From: Chiloscyllium plagiosum
Lineage: Eukaryota
Reading direction: 5' to 3'
NCBI RefSeq assembly: GCF_004010195.1
Contig: NC_057749.1
Span: 16,881,750 to 16,945,749, forward strand
DNA: 64,000 nt
A program made the translations under genes and the position numbers. The notes beneath the pieces are model-generated. The model did not search any database. It saw only the letters and a program-made list of their open reading frames with translations, and was not told the DNA's origin. Numbering within the stretch: the first letter of the stretch is position 1; each line of letters begins with the position of its first letter. Below, in pieces: positions 11,082-26,100 of this stretch.

Positions 11082-13931
11082 AAAGTCATGAGTGGGGTAA
11101 TAGTTCAAATGTACTCCCTACTGACAAAAAATATTTAAAAACCTTTTGTAAGAAAACACAAATGATAAAATATAGATGTTATAAGCATTTATACAACTGA
11201 ATTAAACCAGCACCAAAAACAAATTGGATGATTTTAAACAGACCATAAAACCTACTCTACATCTCAGGAGGACTAGACCCTAAAATTGGGTCCACTGTGT
11301 TCTATTTTAAACAGGAGGCTGGAATATCCTGGCTCTGCACATTAATAAATAGACAGCTCTTTTCAAGATTTTAACAAACACACTTTTCTCCCCTGCAGCA
11401 AAACCCAGTTTATAAAATTTAACCAAACAGAATTTTGAATATTTGACATATCTGTACATTTAATTGCTGAAATAAACACAGTAAAAGGCTGGGAATACAG
11501 GTCAGTGAGAATCTAAAGGTAAGACAGTTCAGTATTCCTCATGAAAGGTTCCTTTGGCCACTAAACAAGTCACTTCACATTTACAGAATGTGATTGATCA
11601 AATTGTTAACCCCAACATATTCTGCTTTGAACTCAGGACATTGAACACATACTGTAAAATGATACATGGAGTTCAATGATTTCAATGTGAAGCCTGTTCC
11701 ACTATTGTATCAATATTTCTTGTTTCACTCTTGTCTTGAGATGTAGGAGTTCTAGAGAGGGATAGAACTGTCTCTTTCTCGTGATCATTTCATGAAATGT
11801 TGGTTTCCAGACTATTAAAGGGAAAATAACTGTTGCAATGTCAAGGATGAGATGACGGTCTGAAACTGGAGGAAGAGGCGACCCTGTGTTCAGGTCCAAG
11901 ACTATGAGACAGAGACACTTTCACTCAGTATGAGAGACTTCAGGAGTTTGAGTGGCCATTAGAATTAGAAACGTAGAGGTGAAACTTTGTCTGGAGTCTC
12001 TCTGAATCAGTGCTGGGGGTGAAAGGACAACAATGACACATTAGTGTCTAGTGCTGATACTTCTGAAAATACAATCCAACAAAACAGTGTGTGTAGTGCA
12101 ATGACAGCAGAATTCTGATGTGCAATGAATTTGCCCACTGACATCCTCCAATCGATTGCGTCTTCAAAATGAGTCAAGACAGAGTACACCGAGGTGCAGG
12201 TTCATGATAAGCTCACATAAAATTTGTTTAAAGAAAAACAAATGCTTTATAAACCATGAGAGGCGAGATGGTTTACATGGAGCGGTATTAGAACTTTGTT
12301 TGTTGGTAGGGCTCCTGCTCTCAGCAAGAATCAAACACACATTTCCTCAGGTGAGTTGAGACTGAATACATTTCACTCTCTTTTCCAACAATAAATCTGC
12401 ATTTCAGCTTAACCTGGTACCTAATCCGGAGGGAGGTTCACCTCCAATCTTTCAGCATTTCACAAGCAGTGTTCTAGCCTCTCAAACCCTGAGCCGTAAC
12501 TATCTGCCATTCTATTAACATTCAAATTCTGTGGGTAAGGCCTACAATTGCTGAGCACAGTGCACTTCCAGCTCCAGCTTCCAGCTGCAAGGTACAAAGG
12601 AACAATCAATTCTCTCCAAAGACAACTGCCAGATTGTAATTCTCTGTCTATTAAGGCATTCAGTGGGTGTGTTAACCTCACAGTATAGCAATTTAAAGCT
12701 ACAGCTTTTCACCATTCTGATATCAGAAACTCTGATTATATATTATTTAAATCCCATCCCACACAACTGAATATTTGCCTTGTGAAAAGAATTATAAATT
12801 ATATTTATAATTAAAAAAAGAGAGGGGTCACAGCTGCCTGTTGCACTAGCCTCCACTAGACAGAAGAAAGGAAATTGGGTTCTGAAATGACGACTTATTT
12901 CACTACAATTCAGCTTCTTTAAACTCTTACATTTTATAACATATTTAGAACTGCAGAAACTGCTTTCCTTCACAAATTAATGTGCACTTAGTTTTCGAGA
13001 ATGAAAATTGCAATGGATAATGTTACAGATTAGCCAGAGAGGTCAGTGCCTACACCCCAACCTGGTCCCAAACACCACGTGACTGTTTCTCCTGGTCCCA
13101 GTGGGTCAAGTAGAAATTCAATCCACATCAAATATCAACTTTCTATGAGGCAAAGCATCAGGTACTCATTTTAATGATCTCCTTGCTGCCTGAAGGTGCA
13201 GACTTACGCTGGTGACTAGACTGTCAATTGGCCTCTGCTGCTTTCTTCATGTCTTACCCAATGCGCGGATGATGTTTCCACCAAAAAAGTCGAGAGTGGA
13301 TCAGACTCACCCCAATCTGTGAAGATTCCAGCAGGGGTGAGGGGTTTTGGCCGATTTCTCACCCTTCAGCCCACAGAACGCTATGGCACGGAGTACTGAC
13401 CAAATTGCTGTCCCAGCTAAGAGCAGCTCACAGCCCAGAGCATGACCAGGACCTGCTGGAGTACATTACGCCACACCACAAACAGCAACAAGTGTGGAAA
13501 CAATGCCAAAGAATTCCATATCTTAATAGAGGCTTCAATTAGCTGTAGTGGTTTAGATTTAAAGACTAAAAAGAATAACATTTTACAAAATGCAAATTTT
13601 CTGGTTTTGATGTGAAAAGCTAAGATTTGAAATTTGTAAACAATTTGCATTACATCTATTTAAGTTAAATACAGTACAATCATGTGCCCTGTGATGGGGT
13701 GGTTATTGTCTGGCAATGGTCAGCTTAAATTGAAAAATATTTCAACCTTAACTCAGCTAAACATACACAGAAATGAATACAGTTAAAAACCAAAAGCAGT
13801 GACTAGTTCTTTAATCATTAAAAAAATAAGTCTTGTAGCCCATGTGCCATTCTGTAAGTGCTCTCCTTCACTCTGTAGTGTCCAGATATATTCTCTTCCG
13901 CCATCATCCCCAAAGTTACAAGTTGGGGCAG

Positions 13932-14140
13932 TTACACTCTGTCCGTCCTGAATGTATCTTCGATCGTGGGGTCAGCCAGAACCAGATCCGGATCACTGAG
14001 CATGCTCAGTCCATCTAGGCTAAGTGGTTCGATTTTTAACTCGTCATCCAGTTGGAACTGGCCATCGGTGTCAAAGGTCATGTCTGGGACACCAGCCAGA
14101 GCACTGCTGATATCCTTGCACAGGCTAGGTGGAGAATCCC
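13932..14140 (-). CDS. CRTC3: CRTC3 last coding exon, (G)[68 protein letters not shown]
   Basis: ctccag acceptor; TAA at 13934-13932; CRTC C-terminal transactivation domain. Confidence 0.95.
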
Positions 14141-17100
14141 CTGGAGTGCAACAGAAACAGAATGAAGTGACAAGCTGGCACAGGATTTCACACTAAACTT
14201 ACAAACCCACGTCTCTACAGGCTGCTTTCCCTCTCACAGCAATAGTCCTGGTTCTCTGCTGGCCTCACTGGTAACTGAAAATGACCACCTTTTTATTCAG
14301 GAAGTGGGGACAATGTGGAACTGATGATCACATGGTTAAGGGAAATAGCACAGATGCATTAAGGGGAAACTATAGAAACACAGCAGGAGAAAGGAATTCA
14401 AGATTATGTCAACTTCCTCATCAGTAGGTCAGGGCTGCTTCATCAATACATCCTGAAATATTTAGCCTCGACTGTTCAGTAAGAATTAATAAGCCTGATA
14501 AAACCAACTTTCTGTTCCAAACTTGTGGTATCAAAGACATTAGGAGGAATATTCCTTTACCCCCAAAATCCTTCTGTAAAATTCTAATGAACCAAGGCAG
14601 TTCCTGGGAACATTCCCGATGTTAATGAGTGGGGAGATGAATTGACAGAAGCAGGCCATTTGGTCTCACTGGTATTTACTATCCTTACAAACCTCTTTCC
14701 ATCCCTTTTCACTTCATCCTATCAATATGGCCATTAACTCGAAATATTTGTCTCCACAGATGTTTCCTTCATTTCTGGCATTTTGTGTCTTTATTTCAGA
14801 CTACCAGAATTTGCAATACTTTGCCTTTAGTTCTGTCAGTGTAGCACTGCTATGCCTTTCTACCATGTACATTTACCTAGCTCGCTCCAGCCAATTTTAG
14901 AGATTAGCTGCTCACCTGTTAAGATGATGTTGGGGATATTCCCGGTACAGGTGGAGTATGGCAGGTTGGGTTTCAGGTGAGGTGGGTCTTGGAGATTCCC
15001 AGTCAAACCTGCCGAGGAGGCCTGTGAGTAGTGCAGGCCGGGGCCTGGATTACAGAAGCTGCTGCCACTCATTGCCAAGGTGCCGACTGGGTTTTCCAAC
15101 ATGTTAAACTGCTCCAGCTGTGGGAGATGGGGAGGTTGGAATGAGCAGAGCAAAAAAAAAGCTTCAGAAATTATACCTTCGTTGTAAGGGAGGGTTGTTA
15201 CTTACTCTACATATGACATACAGCAGACGTGTCCAAATTAAGGTTTCGAGCTAAACCAGCTCAAGCATGACCAACTCAGCTCCACCTGAGCCTGCAGTAG
15301 GATTTATTAATTTGGCCTGGTTCAAATTGTGGTACTTTCTCTTCACTAACATATCAATTCTGATTCAGAACACCATGATCAGTCAGCTGTGGCTCAGTGC
15401 TTACCAAACTTGCCTCAGAGTCAGAGCACCGTGGGTCCGTGCCCCAATCTGAAGAAAATCTTGGCAGAATGTTCCAGTGCAATATTGAGGGAATGCTACA
15501 CTGTCAGCGGTGCTGCCATTTGGGTAAGACATTAGATGGAAGATTCATCAGTTCTCTCAGGAGGATGTAAAAGATCCCATGGCATGTAGAACAGGAGTAG
15601 GGAAGTTATCCCTGGTGTCCTGGACAATTCTTATCATTCACCCGATATCACAAAAACTGATCTGATCATTATTCTCACTGTTGCTTGTGGAAGTTTTCTG
15701 TTCACCTGTTGGTTGCTGTTATCCTTACATTATAACAGCAACTACAGTTCAAAGGTACGTCATAGGCTGTAAAGCATTTTGGGTTCTGGAGACTGTGAGC
15801 AGCATGGTTTAAATACACGTTTTAATTCTTTATCAATAGATGAAGATATAAACAGAGTCTTGGATAGAGGGAATTAACATATCCAGATCCCTTGAAATAA
15901 AGACAAAGCTTGGACAAACCTGACATACAGCACTAAGAAGAAACAAATATGGACCACTGCATTTCTGTGCAGGAGAAACAAGAATATAAATTTTAATGGA
16001 TAATGGAGTCAAGTTGGGAAGGTGGCTTTGGGGAGGGAGACAGAATTTAATTTTTAGTTATTGTTCGTTCTTGAGTAATGGTTGATCTCATGTACAAGTC
16101 AACCCCTGACCTTTTATAAAGAAGCCTAAACTTTGTGCTTACCAGCTGCTTGCTGCAGAATGACCCTGACTGGGGGAGCACCCCAGTGACAGGAGCTGCT
16201 GAAGTCCATTAAACAAAATCTCTTTGGCTCGGTTTTGCACTGCTGAGGGTTGGGTTAGACTGGACTTCCACTCAGCAATTCTGTGAAAGCAAGGCAGTGG
16301 GAGAGGGTGGTCCACAATAATATCGGGAGTAAAAGTGGAACCCCTATATTTAATGTTTGAAACCAAACTTTTCCCCAAGTCTATATATGGTACCTTACAC
16401 AGGGAGATGAAAGTAGGGAACAGACTTCACAAGGACAGTGAACTCAAGAGAGACATTTGTCAAAACACATCACTTACATCTTTGAGGTACAGAGGATCTG
16501 AAAGGTTCTGAGTTTTGGATCAAACAGGTGGAGTGCAGTGATCCCTCTCACTTTTCCAGTTTCCTCTGTTCACCTCTGGGTGATTGCTGGAGAAAGGACT
16601 TACAGGTGAGCTGGGAGTGGCTTACAAGGTCACAGAAGTCACAACTAAAGGTCAGGTCATGAGTAAGTCCCTTGGTGTGAGCAGCAGGTGAGGAAAGTGA
16701 GACAAAGTTTCTTCTTTCAGAAGGTCATTACTCTTTGTAATTCTATTCTGTAGAAAGCAGTGAAGGACAGACTATTGAATACATTCATTCAAAGCTGAGT
16801 TTGATAGATCTTTGATCTCTAAAGGAATTCAAGGTTGTGTTGATGGAAGGGGGAGGTAAAAACACAGTCTGATCTTGTTGAATGGCGGGGCAGGTTTGAG
16901 GGGCCAAATGACATCCTCCCCCCCTCCTAATTTGAATAACTCCAAGATGCTCTTTGGAATTAATTGAGTGAAAATCTAACAGTGTTTTGCAGCAAACACC
17001 GGCCACAGACTGATGGATGAATACATGAACATAAATATAAACACAACTCAGTGATGGAGATGGCCAATGAAGACTGAAAAGATCACACTGTATTCCAATC

Positions 17101-20100
17101 ACAGGTTTACATCACTGTATAAAATATTTAGCATACCATAACCCGATCCCATTCTGATATCCCTAGACTGCACGGGATCTCCATAGGTCTGTTGATGGCA
17201 AACTTCCATACCTGCTGTGACAACGGCTTGGTGTTTCTGGCAACCAAGTGCTGCCCAAAATATGGATCACTGAGGATGTTTTCCATTGTGTCATTCTGTT
17301 AAATAGCAACAAAGTGGAGATAAAGAACAGTGTGTGCATCTAATAATACTGCATCTAATCCACTCCTGTGTTAACACACTGAAATAAGCCAAAGTTTATG
17401 CAAATTAACAGCCTGAATTTATTTTTAAATATATAGTATTTAGACAATGATAATTCCAACTAGTTTTCTTAGCACCATGCACGGATCTAGGTTAGTTACT
17501 ACTGTCATTCTGGGTGTTAATTCTGACACTCATTTTGCATTCTTCACAAATTCACTACCTAGGCGAAAGTGGGTACTGCAGATACTGGAGATCAAAGTCA
17601 AGATGAGAGTGGTGCTGGAAAAGCACAGCAGGTCAGGCTCACTACCTACAGGGCCACGTACCTGCAAGACCAACCTGATTTTCTTTTCCCTTAATGGATT
17701 GCAAAGTCCATTGTGATAGCTAGGGGTTTATATCAAAGTGCTATCCATGTTTCGGTGATATTCACAGGAGGTCTGTACCCCTATACCCTATGGATAACGA
17801 TGATTTACTGCAAACAAAACAGTCATTCTACAATCTATTCAACAGCTGTCTGGTGAAATGGTTTCTTTCTGAGAACCAAGAGTCAGGAAGCTGCTTTTGC
17901 ACTTGTCCAGCAGGGGGCTTAACTGGACCCAATTGCTGCGAGTTGCTGCAGATAGTCTGATTCAACCCTGAATGAGCTAATGACAGCCAAATCCTCGATA
18001 GCACTGACTTCAAGCGGGTGTGAGGTGTGCTCTGAGCTCTTCAGGCATCAGCAGGACTATGACAGGGCAGACACAGAGTGTTTCTACTGGATCGGGGAGT
18101 CTCAGAATAAGGGATTTTTCATTTAGGTATGAGGAGGAGGAGAAATTACTTAGGGGTTGTAAATATATTAAAATTCTCTATCCCAGCCGATGGCGAATTT
18201 CCATTGTTGAATATATTTAAGACTAGAATAGACAGATCTTTGGTCTCAGGAAAGTGAAGGAAATGGGGAGCAGGCAGGAAGGGGGAGTTGAAACAGAAGG
18301 TCAGCAATGATTGTTTTAAACAGTGGAGCAAATTTGACAGGTCATGAGGTCTACTCCTGCTTCATGTTATGTTTAGATTTTAAAACATGAGCCAAAGAGA
18401 TTAGAGTAAAATATTCTAAAAGTGAGCCCACAAATAGGATGTTAAAAACGCAGTTTTCAGACTCCCCCCATGGGTGTGTTGCCCTTCTCTACCTCCTTAA
18501 TCTCCTCCAGTCTTACAAGATCCCCACACCTCTTTGATACCAGCCTTAGCTGCTTCCCTTCTCTCAGTCACCACATTGCTGGCTCCTACACCTTCAGCTA
18601 TCTGAGCCCCAACCTCAGAAACACCCTCATTAACCTCTACTGGCCTCCTAAGATGCTGTTCATTTTACATCTTGTATAGCTTGGAATCTTGTTTCATTCA
18701 TTACTTGCACCTTCAAAAATCCTTGGAATGTTCTACTCTGTAAATGATGCTATACAAGTTCAAGATGTCACTATTCTATCGTTATAAAATGACTTGCAAA
18801 TTTATTGATTGCACTGAAAAATTTATTTGTTTGTATACTTTTGATAAATAATCTAATGTGCCAATAAAAATTTATATCAGCAGAGAATTTATGAAATTAA
18901 GTGAATAGGCGGAATAGTAGTAAAACAATTTCCAAGTAGACAAGTGTGAAACTTAGAACAGAGTACTTTCCAAACAATGAGAAACTAGAAGCTGTGAAGG
19001 CCCAGAGAGAGTGAAGCATAGAATCCCTACACTGTAGAAGCAGGCCATTCAGCCCATCAACTCCACAATGACTCACTTGACACCATCCCACCCAGACCTA
19101 CCCCCTACTCTCTCCGTGATCCTGCATTCCCCATGGCTCACCAACACAGCTTGCATATCCCTGGCCACTAGGAGCAATTTAGCACGGCCAATCTGCTTAA
19201 CCTGCGCGTCTTTGGATTGTGGGAGGAAACTGGAGCACCCGGAGGAAACCTACCCAGATACGGGGAGAACGTGCAAACTCCACACAATCGCCAGAGGCTG
19301 GATTCAAACCCAGGTCCCTGGCACTGTGAGGCAGTAGTGTGAACCACTGAGGTAACATGCTGCCAAAGTTCAGGTACATTGATCATTAACATATTATGGA
19401 TAAAAAGACAAATAGATTGCTGGCCTTTATATCGAAATGATGGCCAGAATACAAGAGGGTAGAAGGCATGCTTTAGCTTTACAAAGCTCTGGTGGTTCAA
19501 AGATGTGTAAGTTAGGGTGGTTTGGCCAGGTTAAATTGCCCGTCGTGTCCAGGGGTGTTCAGGTTAGCTGGGTTTGCTGTGGGAAATGCAGGATTATAGA
19601 GATAGGGTGGAGGTGGGGGTTCTGAGTGGGATGCATCTTTAGAGGATTGGTGTGTACTCAATGGATTGAATGGCCTGCTCCCACACTGTTGGGATTCTAT
19701 GATTCTATGGTTAGTCCACATGGTGTTGTAGGCACCATACACACAATTTATACATATTATGAAATAAATATACTAAAAAAAACTGAAGAGAAACAGCAGA
19801 TTGTATGCCCTATCAAACCTGCTCTACTGTTCAATCCAAGCATGACTTTCCCTAGACCACAACTTCATTTTCCCAACTGCTCCCCACATCCCCCAATTCC
19901 CCGAGAACTGAATATGTGGCTGTCTCTGGTTAACTCTATTCAATGACAGAGCAAGCAGCTCGAGTTCGAGAATTTAATAGACTCACAACCCCTTCCGTGT
20001 GAAGTGAGTTCTCCTCATCTTGAGACTGTGCCCCCTGTTTCAGATTTCCCAAGGAGCAGACCTACTCTCTCAGGCAGGCCGATCTGATCAGTTCCCAGGC

Positions 20101-23100
20101 TACTCAATGTTTGATCCAATGACTACACTTACAGTGGGAGAGTGCAGTTCGATTGCTGATTGCTGAGAGAGGTGATGAAGAGGAGACACTGGTGACTGTC
20201 CCTGTGGGTGCTGCACTTTGTGTTGAGTTTGGTGCAGTTGTTGATAGAGGGGATAAGGCGGTAGGTGTTCCATGGTCATGTTACTTGTATCCAAGGCAAC
20301 CCCCTGTGAACCAAAAGGCAGAATTAAACTATGTTGAGAGCGGAAATGACTGCCTTCTCTCCTAGTCCCTGGTTGGGCAAGCTAGACACAGCATCACTTG
20401 GTGCAGCTCAAACAAAAAAAAAGCATCAGCCCTGAACATGTGCATCATGTTTTGTGATTTCTGCTTCTGAACATTTGTTTTCCTCCCAAACTGCAGCTCT
20501 TTTAAATGGGAACGATGTATTTTGCCACATCCTGTCCAGCTGGGAGCTCAGTGTCAAGACAGGCCTGGTACAGCGTTCCCGATCCAGCACTGCACCAGAA
20601 AACCGGTGCCTCCCTGCTCAACATTTCACAGAAGAAGAAACTGCAAGGAAAGTGGCAACAGCAAAGTAGCATTTAAATCTTGCACAGTTTAAGTACGATC
20701 CACATGGCTTTTCATCTGAAAGCCCTGTCTGTGGAAATTGGCTGCACTGCATATGTTTGCATTATACCAAGTTCCACCAAACGGCCAATGAAACCTGCTG
20801 CACAGAACCGGTTTCCTGGCTACACCTCCATTTTACCAACTGCTCCTGCAAAGTGTGTCTACATTTGTTAAGAGTTTGGTATAAGCAACTACTGGCTCTG
20901 ATGGTCAAGGCTAAATTAACAAAAACGGGCACTACTTAGATACGTGGTGCCGACTAGTTTAATGCCTGTTAGTTATCAGCAGCAGGAAGCCCGTTTTATC
21001 TTTAATTCTTCCATGGCATATAGGTGTCACTGGTTTGGCCAGCATTTATTGACCATTCCTAATGAGTTAATAGTGAACCACATTACGGTGGGTCTGTAGT
21101 CACACGTAGGACAGACCAGGTAACAATGACAGATTTTCTTCCCTAAAGGACATAAATGAACTAGATGGATTTTTATGACAACTAACAGTGGTTTCATTTG
21201 ACTGTCACTTCCAGATTTTTATCGAATTCAAGTTCCACTACTTGCCATGATGAGATTCAAACCCAGGCTCCAACAACATTATCTGAGTCTCTGGATTAAT
21301 AATCTAATGGTAATACTGCTAGAGCCATCGCTTCCCAGGGTACTGAGTTCAGTGGAACGATACCAGCTCCTGCTGCCAAAATCAGGCAACCTGGCACAGA
21401 CTCATGAACTGATCCATTCTGGTCTATGAGACTTTAACAATATACCAAAGCTGCTCCGTTATCACTAATAGGGAAGCAAAGTAATGTAACTGCATCCCTC
21501 CCGGCCACCGGAAACCCATTTAAGGACCTTCCATCACACGTACTTGTGCTATCGACGATAGCGTTGGTGACATGGTTGGTGAGAACTGTTTACTCATGGA
21601 CCTTCGAGGCTCCATTCCTGGCGAGAGTGTTAGCGGACTGACCGGTGTCTGCCGTCGGCGTGGCGAACTCTTCAAGGCGGTTGGGATGGACGGGTTGCTT
21701 AGCGATGACCGTAGTGAGGAGTGGATGGAGGGGTTGCTGAGGGAGTGATTGTTTAAAGGAGACTGCAGCATGGAGTTGCTGAGTGAAGCCTGTATTGATG
21801 GGTTACTCAGAGAGCTGTGCAAAGACGTGGAGAAACCTAGAAAAATAGAGAGAAGAAAGAAATCAAAAACGGAAATGTTCTTGATGGTAATCCCAGGAGA
21901 AAGTGAGGACTGCAGATGCTGGAGATCAGAGTCGAAGAGTCTGGTGCTGGAAAAGCACAACAGGTCAGGCAGCATCTGAGGAGGAGAATCGACATTTCAG
22001 GCATAAGCCCTTCATTCCTGATGCTGTGCTTTTCCAGCACCACACTCTTGATTGATGATAATCCCACCCACATGTGGAATGCATTACCTGGGAGGGAAGT
22101 GGGAACAATTCCATACCAACTTTCAAAAGGGAAGTGCGTGAATATTTATGAAGAAACATTCCGTAGGGTTATAGGGAAAGATTGGTAGAGCAGCAGGTTT
22201 AATTGGAAACATCAATCAAAGGACATAGGCCCAATGGGCTGATTGGCCTTCTCCAGTGCACTGTAATTCTATCAATTTCAATAAATATAGTTACACAAGA
22301 CCAAGGCATCTACATTAACTCATCAGTGACTTGGTAAACGTATTGTCAATGTATAATTAAACTGTACACACTCGAAGGTTTAGGCTGACTCTTCAGTATG
22401 TGTTGAATTAACTGCCAAGAGGGGTATGGATCATCCATTTCACCATTCGGGAGCTCCCAATGGGAGGGCAATGGGAAATCTCCCAGGGTTCCTACCTCAA
22501 TGCTGGGTAATGCGGGTTTGTGGTCCTCAGGCAGGGCTGTGATATCTTCCACAGTCATAGTCTCTCACTCATGGAGCTCAGGTGAGGTTTTTAACACGCA
22601 GGTTCAGTTGGCAGTTAGGAAGGCAAATGCAATGTTAGCATTCACTTCAAGAGAGCTAGAATACAACAGCAGGGATGTACTGCTGAGGGTCTATAAGACA
22701 CTGGTTAAACCGCATTGGGAATATTGGGAATAGTTTTTGGCCCCGTATCTAAGGAAAGATGTGCTGGCTTTGGAGGGGATCCAGATGAGGTTTACAAGAA
22801 TGATCCCAATGATGAAAGGCTTAACATGAGGGGTGGTTGAGGACTCTGGATCTATACTCTGTGGAGTTTAGAAGGATGAGGAGGGGATCTAATTAAAGCT
22901 TACAGAATACTGAGAGACCTGGACAGTTTGGGCGTGGAGAAGATTTTTCTGCTCGGCCAAACTAGGATCTGAGGGGCACAGCCTTAGAGTGAAAGGACAA
23001 CTCTTTAGAATTGAGCTGAGGAGGAATTTCTTCAGTGAATCTATGGAACTCATTGCTGCAGTGGGCTGTGCAGATCACGTCATTGAGTGCATTTAAGACA

Positions 23101-26100
23101 GAGCTAGATAGGTTCTTGACGGATAAGGGGATCAAGGGTTACGGGAGAAGGCAGGAGAATAAGGTTGAGAAACTTTTCAGCCGTGATTGAATGGCAGAGC
23201 AGACTGGATGGGCCAAATGGCCTAATTGTGCTCCTATATCCTATGGTGTTACAGGTCGCAACGTATAACTGATGTTCATCGCAAAATGGTGTGGAGTTAA
23301 GTTACTCAATTCCAGGTGGACAGCAGTACTGATCTCCTGCATCTCCTTCAATGTGTCGTCAGTTTCCAGGAGTTGCTGGATACATTTTGCAATCCCAGGA
23401 CTAACTTTGTCCTGCTCCCAAACTCCAGAGGCCTGGGGGCGACACACAGACCTGGGGGCAATAATGATTGGAGAAATGTTCTGCTGGCTGAGCTACTGGG
23501 AATTGAATCAGATGCTTCCCAGCCCATTTATCTGCCAGATCTTCATACTTTTGTGATACAGCTTTACTTGTCAGCAAATCCCTATTCATACACCAACCTG
23601 ACTCACGACCTAGAAGAAAAACAACGAAAAGTGGCCATTAAAGCTGAGTCAAATCAAAGCTGCACAAATCACTCCCTCACCTTGAGAGTTGCTGATGCCC
23701 AGGTGTGTCATGGTAGCAGCCAGGTTGCTGGTACTGTTGCCTCCACTGATATTGAGGAAGCTGCTGTCTTCAGGGTCCAGAGGGGTCGGCAGAGGTGACG
23801 GGAAGTGAAGGTTTGTGAGGTCTGGCAGGGAGCCTCCTGTGTTTAGTGACCCTTGAAAATGTGACAATCCGACATTCTGCTCTGGGGATGGATAGATACT
23901 TGAAGGAGGGAATCAGAACAATCAAATAAAAAGTCAGCACTTTTTTCTGAAATTATTTGTGAAAGCACTTTGTATACAAACTAATTTTCCCATCAACTTC
24001 CTGTAGCAACAATTTCGTCAGCTATTTTTCAAATAGCAAGATACCAAAGACAAATGAGCAGTTAATTTGTTTTTGCATCAGGTAGCACTTCATTCCATGA
24101 TGCAGTATGACATTATGGTGTTAGCCTTGATTTTAGATACAACCCACAAAACATGGCTTGAACTCGTAATCTGTTGGAATACAGGTTATTACAAAATCAC
24201 TCAAACAGATATTATAATAAAACCCAGTTCAAAAATAAATATGGTACCGATGCAATTGTTTTTTGAAAATGTAATGGTTTTACTGACTATTGTGGAAAGG
24301 TTTGTCTTGGAATCAGTGACAGGATAGTCATTCTATGGCAACATGAGACAGTTTCACCAGTGCAGCTTCTCACATGTTATGGTGCCACTGGTTCATGACA
24401 TTTCCATGTGGAATTCAGGTAATAGGTGTCAAGCAGGTTTCTAATGGGTTCCAAGAGCTTCCTTTTATCTTTAGCCTCAGGTATGTTGCCCCAATGATCA
24501 CATTTGGGAGGGATATCGGGTCAGGATTTCATATTAAGACTGATGCAACATCCCTTTCACTGCAAAGCACGACACATGTAAATGCAGAAAAATCCCATAG
24601 TTATTCACTTATCACTGAATTGTTTTCGTATAGCAGCTTTGTCTGCACCAGGTTGCTGAGCATTTTAAACTTGGTGCAAATCTCCTGTCTTTTCCCCAAC
24701 CTCTGCACTGTTTTGAGTTAAATAATCATCCAATGTATTCTTCAATTGAACCTTGCTTTGGTGGCTCAGTGGTTAGCACTCTGCCTCACAGCACAGAGAC
24801 CTGGGTTTGAATCCACCCTCGGGCTTGTGTGGGGTTTGCACATTCTGCCAATGTCTGCATGGGTTTCCTCCCGGTGCTCCGGTTTCCTCCCGCAGTCCAA
24901 CGATGTGCAGGTTAGGATTGGCCATGCTAAATTGTCCAGAGATGAGTATGCCTAATGGATTGCTATGGGAATGCAGGGTTATAAGGATAGGGGTTCTGGG
25001 TGGGATGCTTGTGTGGACTCTGGCTGAATGAGCTGCTTCCCCGCTGTAAGGATTCTATGTTTCCAACATCCTCTCAGACAGTCCATTCTGGAGCATAATT
25101 ATTTGCTGCTTGATAGATTTTTCTCACCTCACATTTGCTTCTTACGGAAAACACTTGAAATGCAGTGTCCTCAGCTTTACAACTGTTTGATGAGTGGGAA
25201 CATTACCAAATCTCCTCTGAGCCTTTTCTTTTCCGAGAAAACCAGTCCCAAATTTGTCAACCTTTCTTTGTCGCTGAGGGGTCTCATCCCTAGAGCTATT
25301 CTTGTAAATCACTTCTGCACTCTCGCCAATATATTCCCATCCTTCCTCAGGTCTGATACTCAGCACTGCACATCACACTCCAGTTGAAATTCAACCAGTG
25401 TCTGATACAAGTTCATCATAACATCTCTGCTCCTGCAATCTATGCCCCTATTAATGAAGCTTCGAATACTGATTAGCTTTCCCATCAGTTCTCTCTGCTT
25501 GTCCTATCACCTTTAATGACTCTCATGCTCCTGCATACCCTTCAGAAGCACACCCTTTTTATGCTCTCTCATACACTTTCTGCTTCACCTGGCACCTACA
25601 TGCCCACTCCACCAACTTGTCAAGATCATTCTGAGGTTCTGCAGTGTGCTCCTCTCTATTTGTAATGTTGCAAAGTTTTGTGCTGTCTGCAAACTTTGAA
25701 ACTGTCCCCCACAAACTGAAGTCTAGACCTTTTACATACATCAGGTGAAGGAAGAGTCCTAATACTGACCCCTTCCATCAGTAGCTAGCTATTCTGATCT
25801 TGCTGAGGGAAGAAGTGTGGGTCAGGAAAGGTAACAAGACCAACCTAAGGAGTTCAAATCCACTCACCTGATGCCAGGGACTTCGCAAGACTTGGGACGT
25901 GACAGCAGCGACTGAACCTGAGGAACAGAGCAAGCAAAATAAAAATCCCTCTCAAACTCAAGCTCTGTGAGATGAGCTTCACCAGGTCAACCTATCAGCC
26001 ACAGTGGAGAAGGAACTAACATCAGCCCTTCAAAAAAGGCAAGGGAGAAAGGAGCCCTCACTGCTTCAGTCATCAGTAAAGAAAGCAGCATGCACCTTAG

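Larger units (their letters stand above)
9840..13931 (-). other. Probable CRTC3 3' UTR (up to ~4 kb)
   Basis: AT-rich, nearly repeat-free sequence after the stop codon; repeat density rises left of ~9700; candidate AATAAA signals at 11076-11081 and 9853-9858. End not provable without RNA data. Confidence 0.55.

Noticed and set aside
17828..18013. Q/P-rich minus-strand ORF with a possible cag acceptor, between two CRTC3 exons
   Set aside because: The acceptor gives phase 1 but the upstream exon ends in phase 0, which reads GGT TGA. There is no suitable donor, and the flanking exons already join in frame.
23316..23798. 160-aa plus-strand ORF
   Set aside because: Partly antisense to a CRTC3 exon, no recognisable homology and no supporting gene structure.
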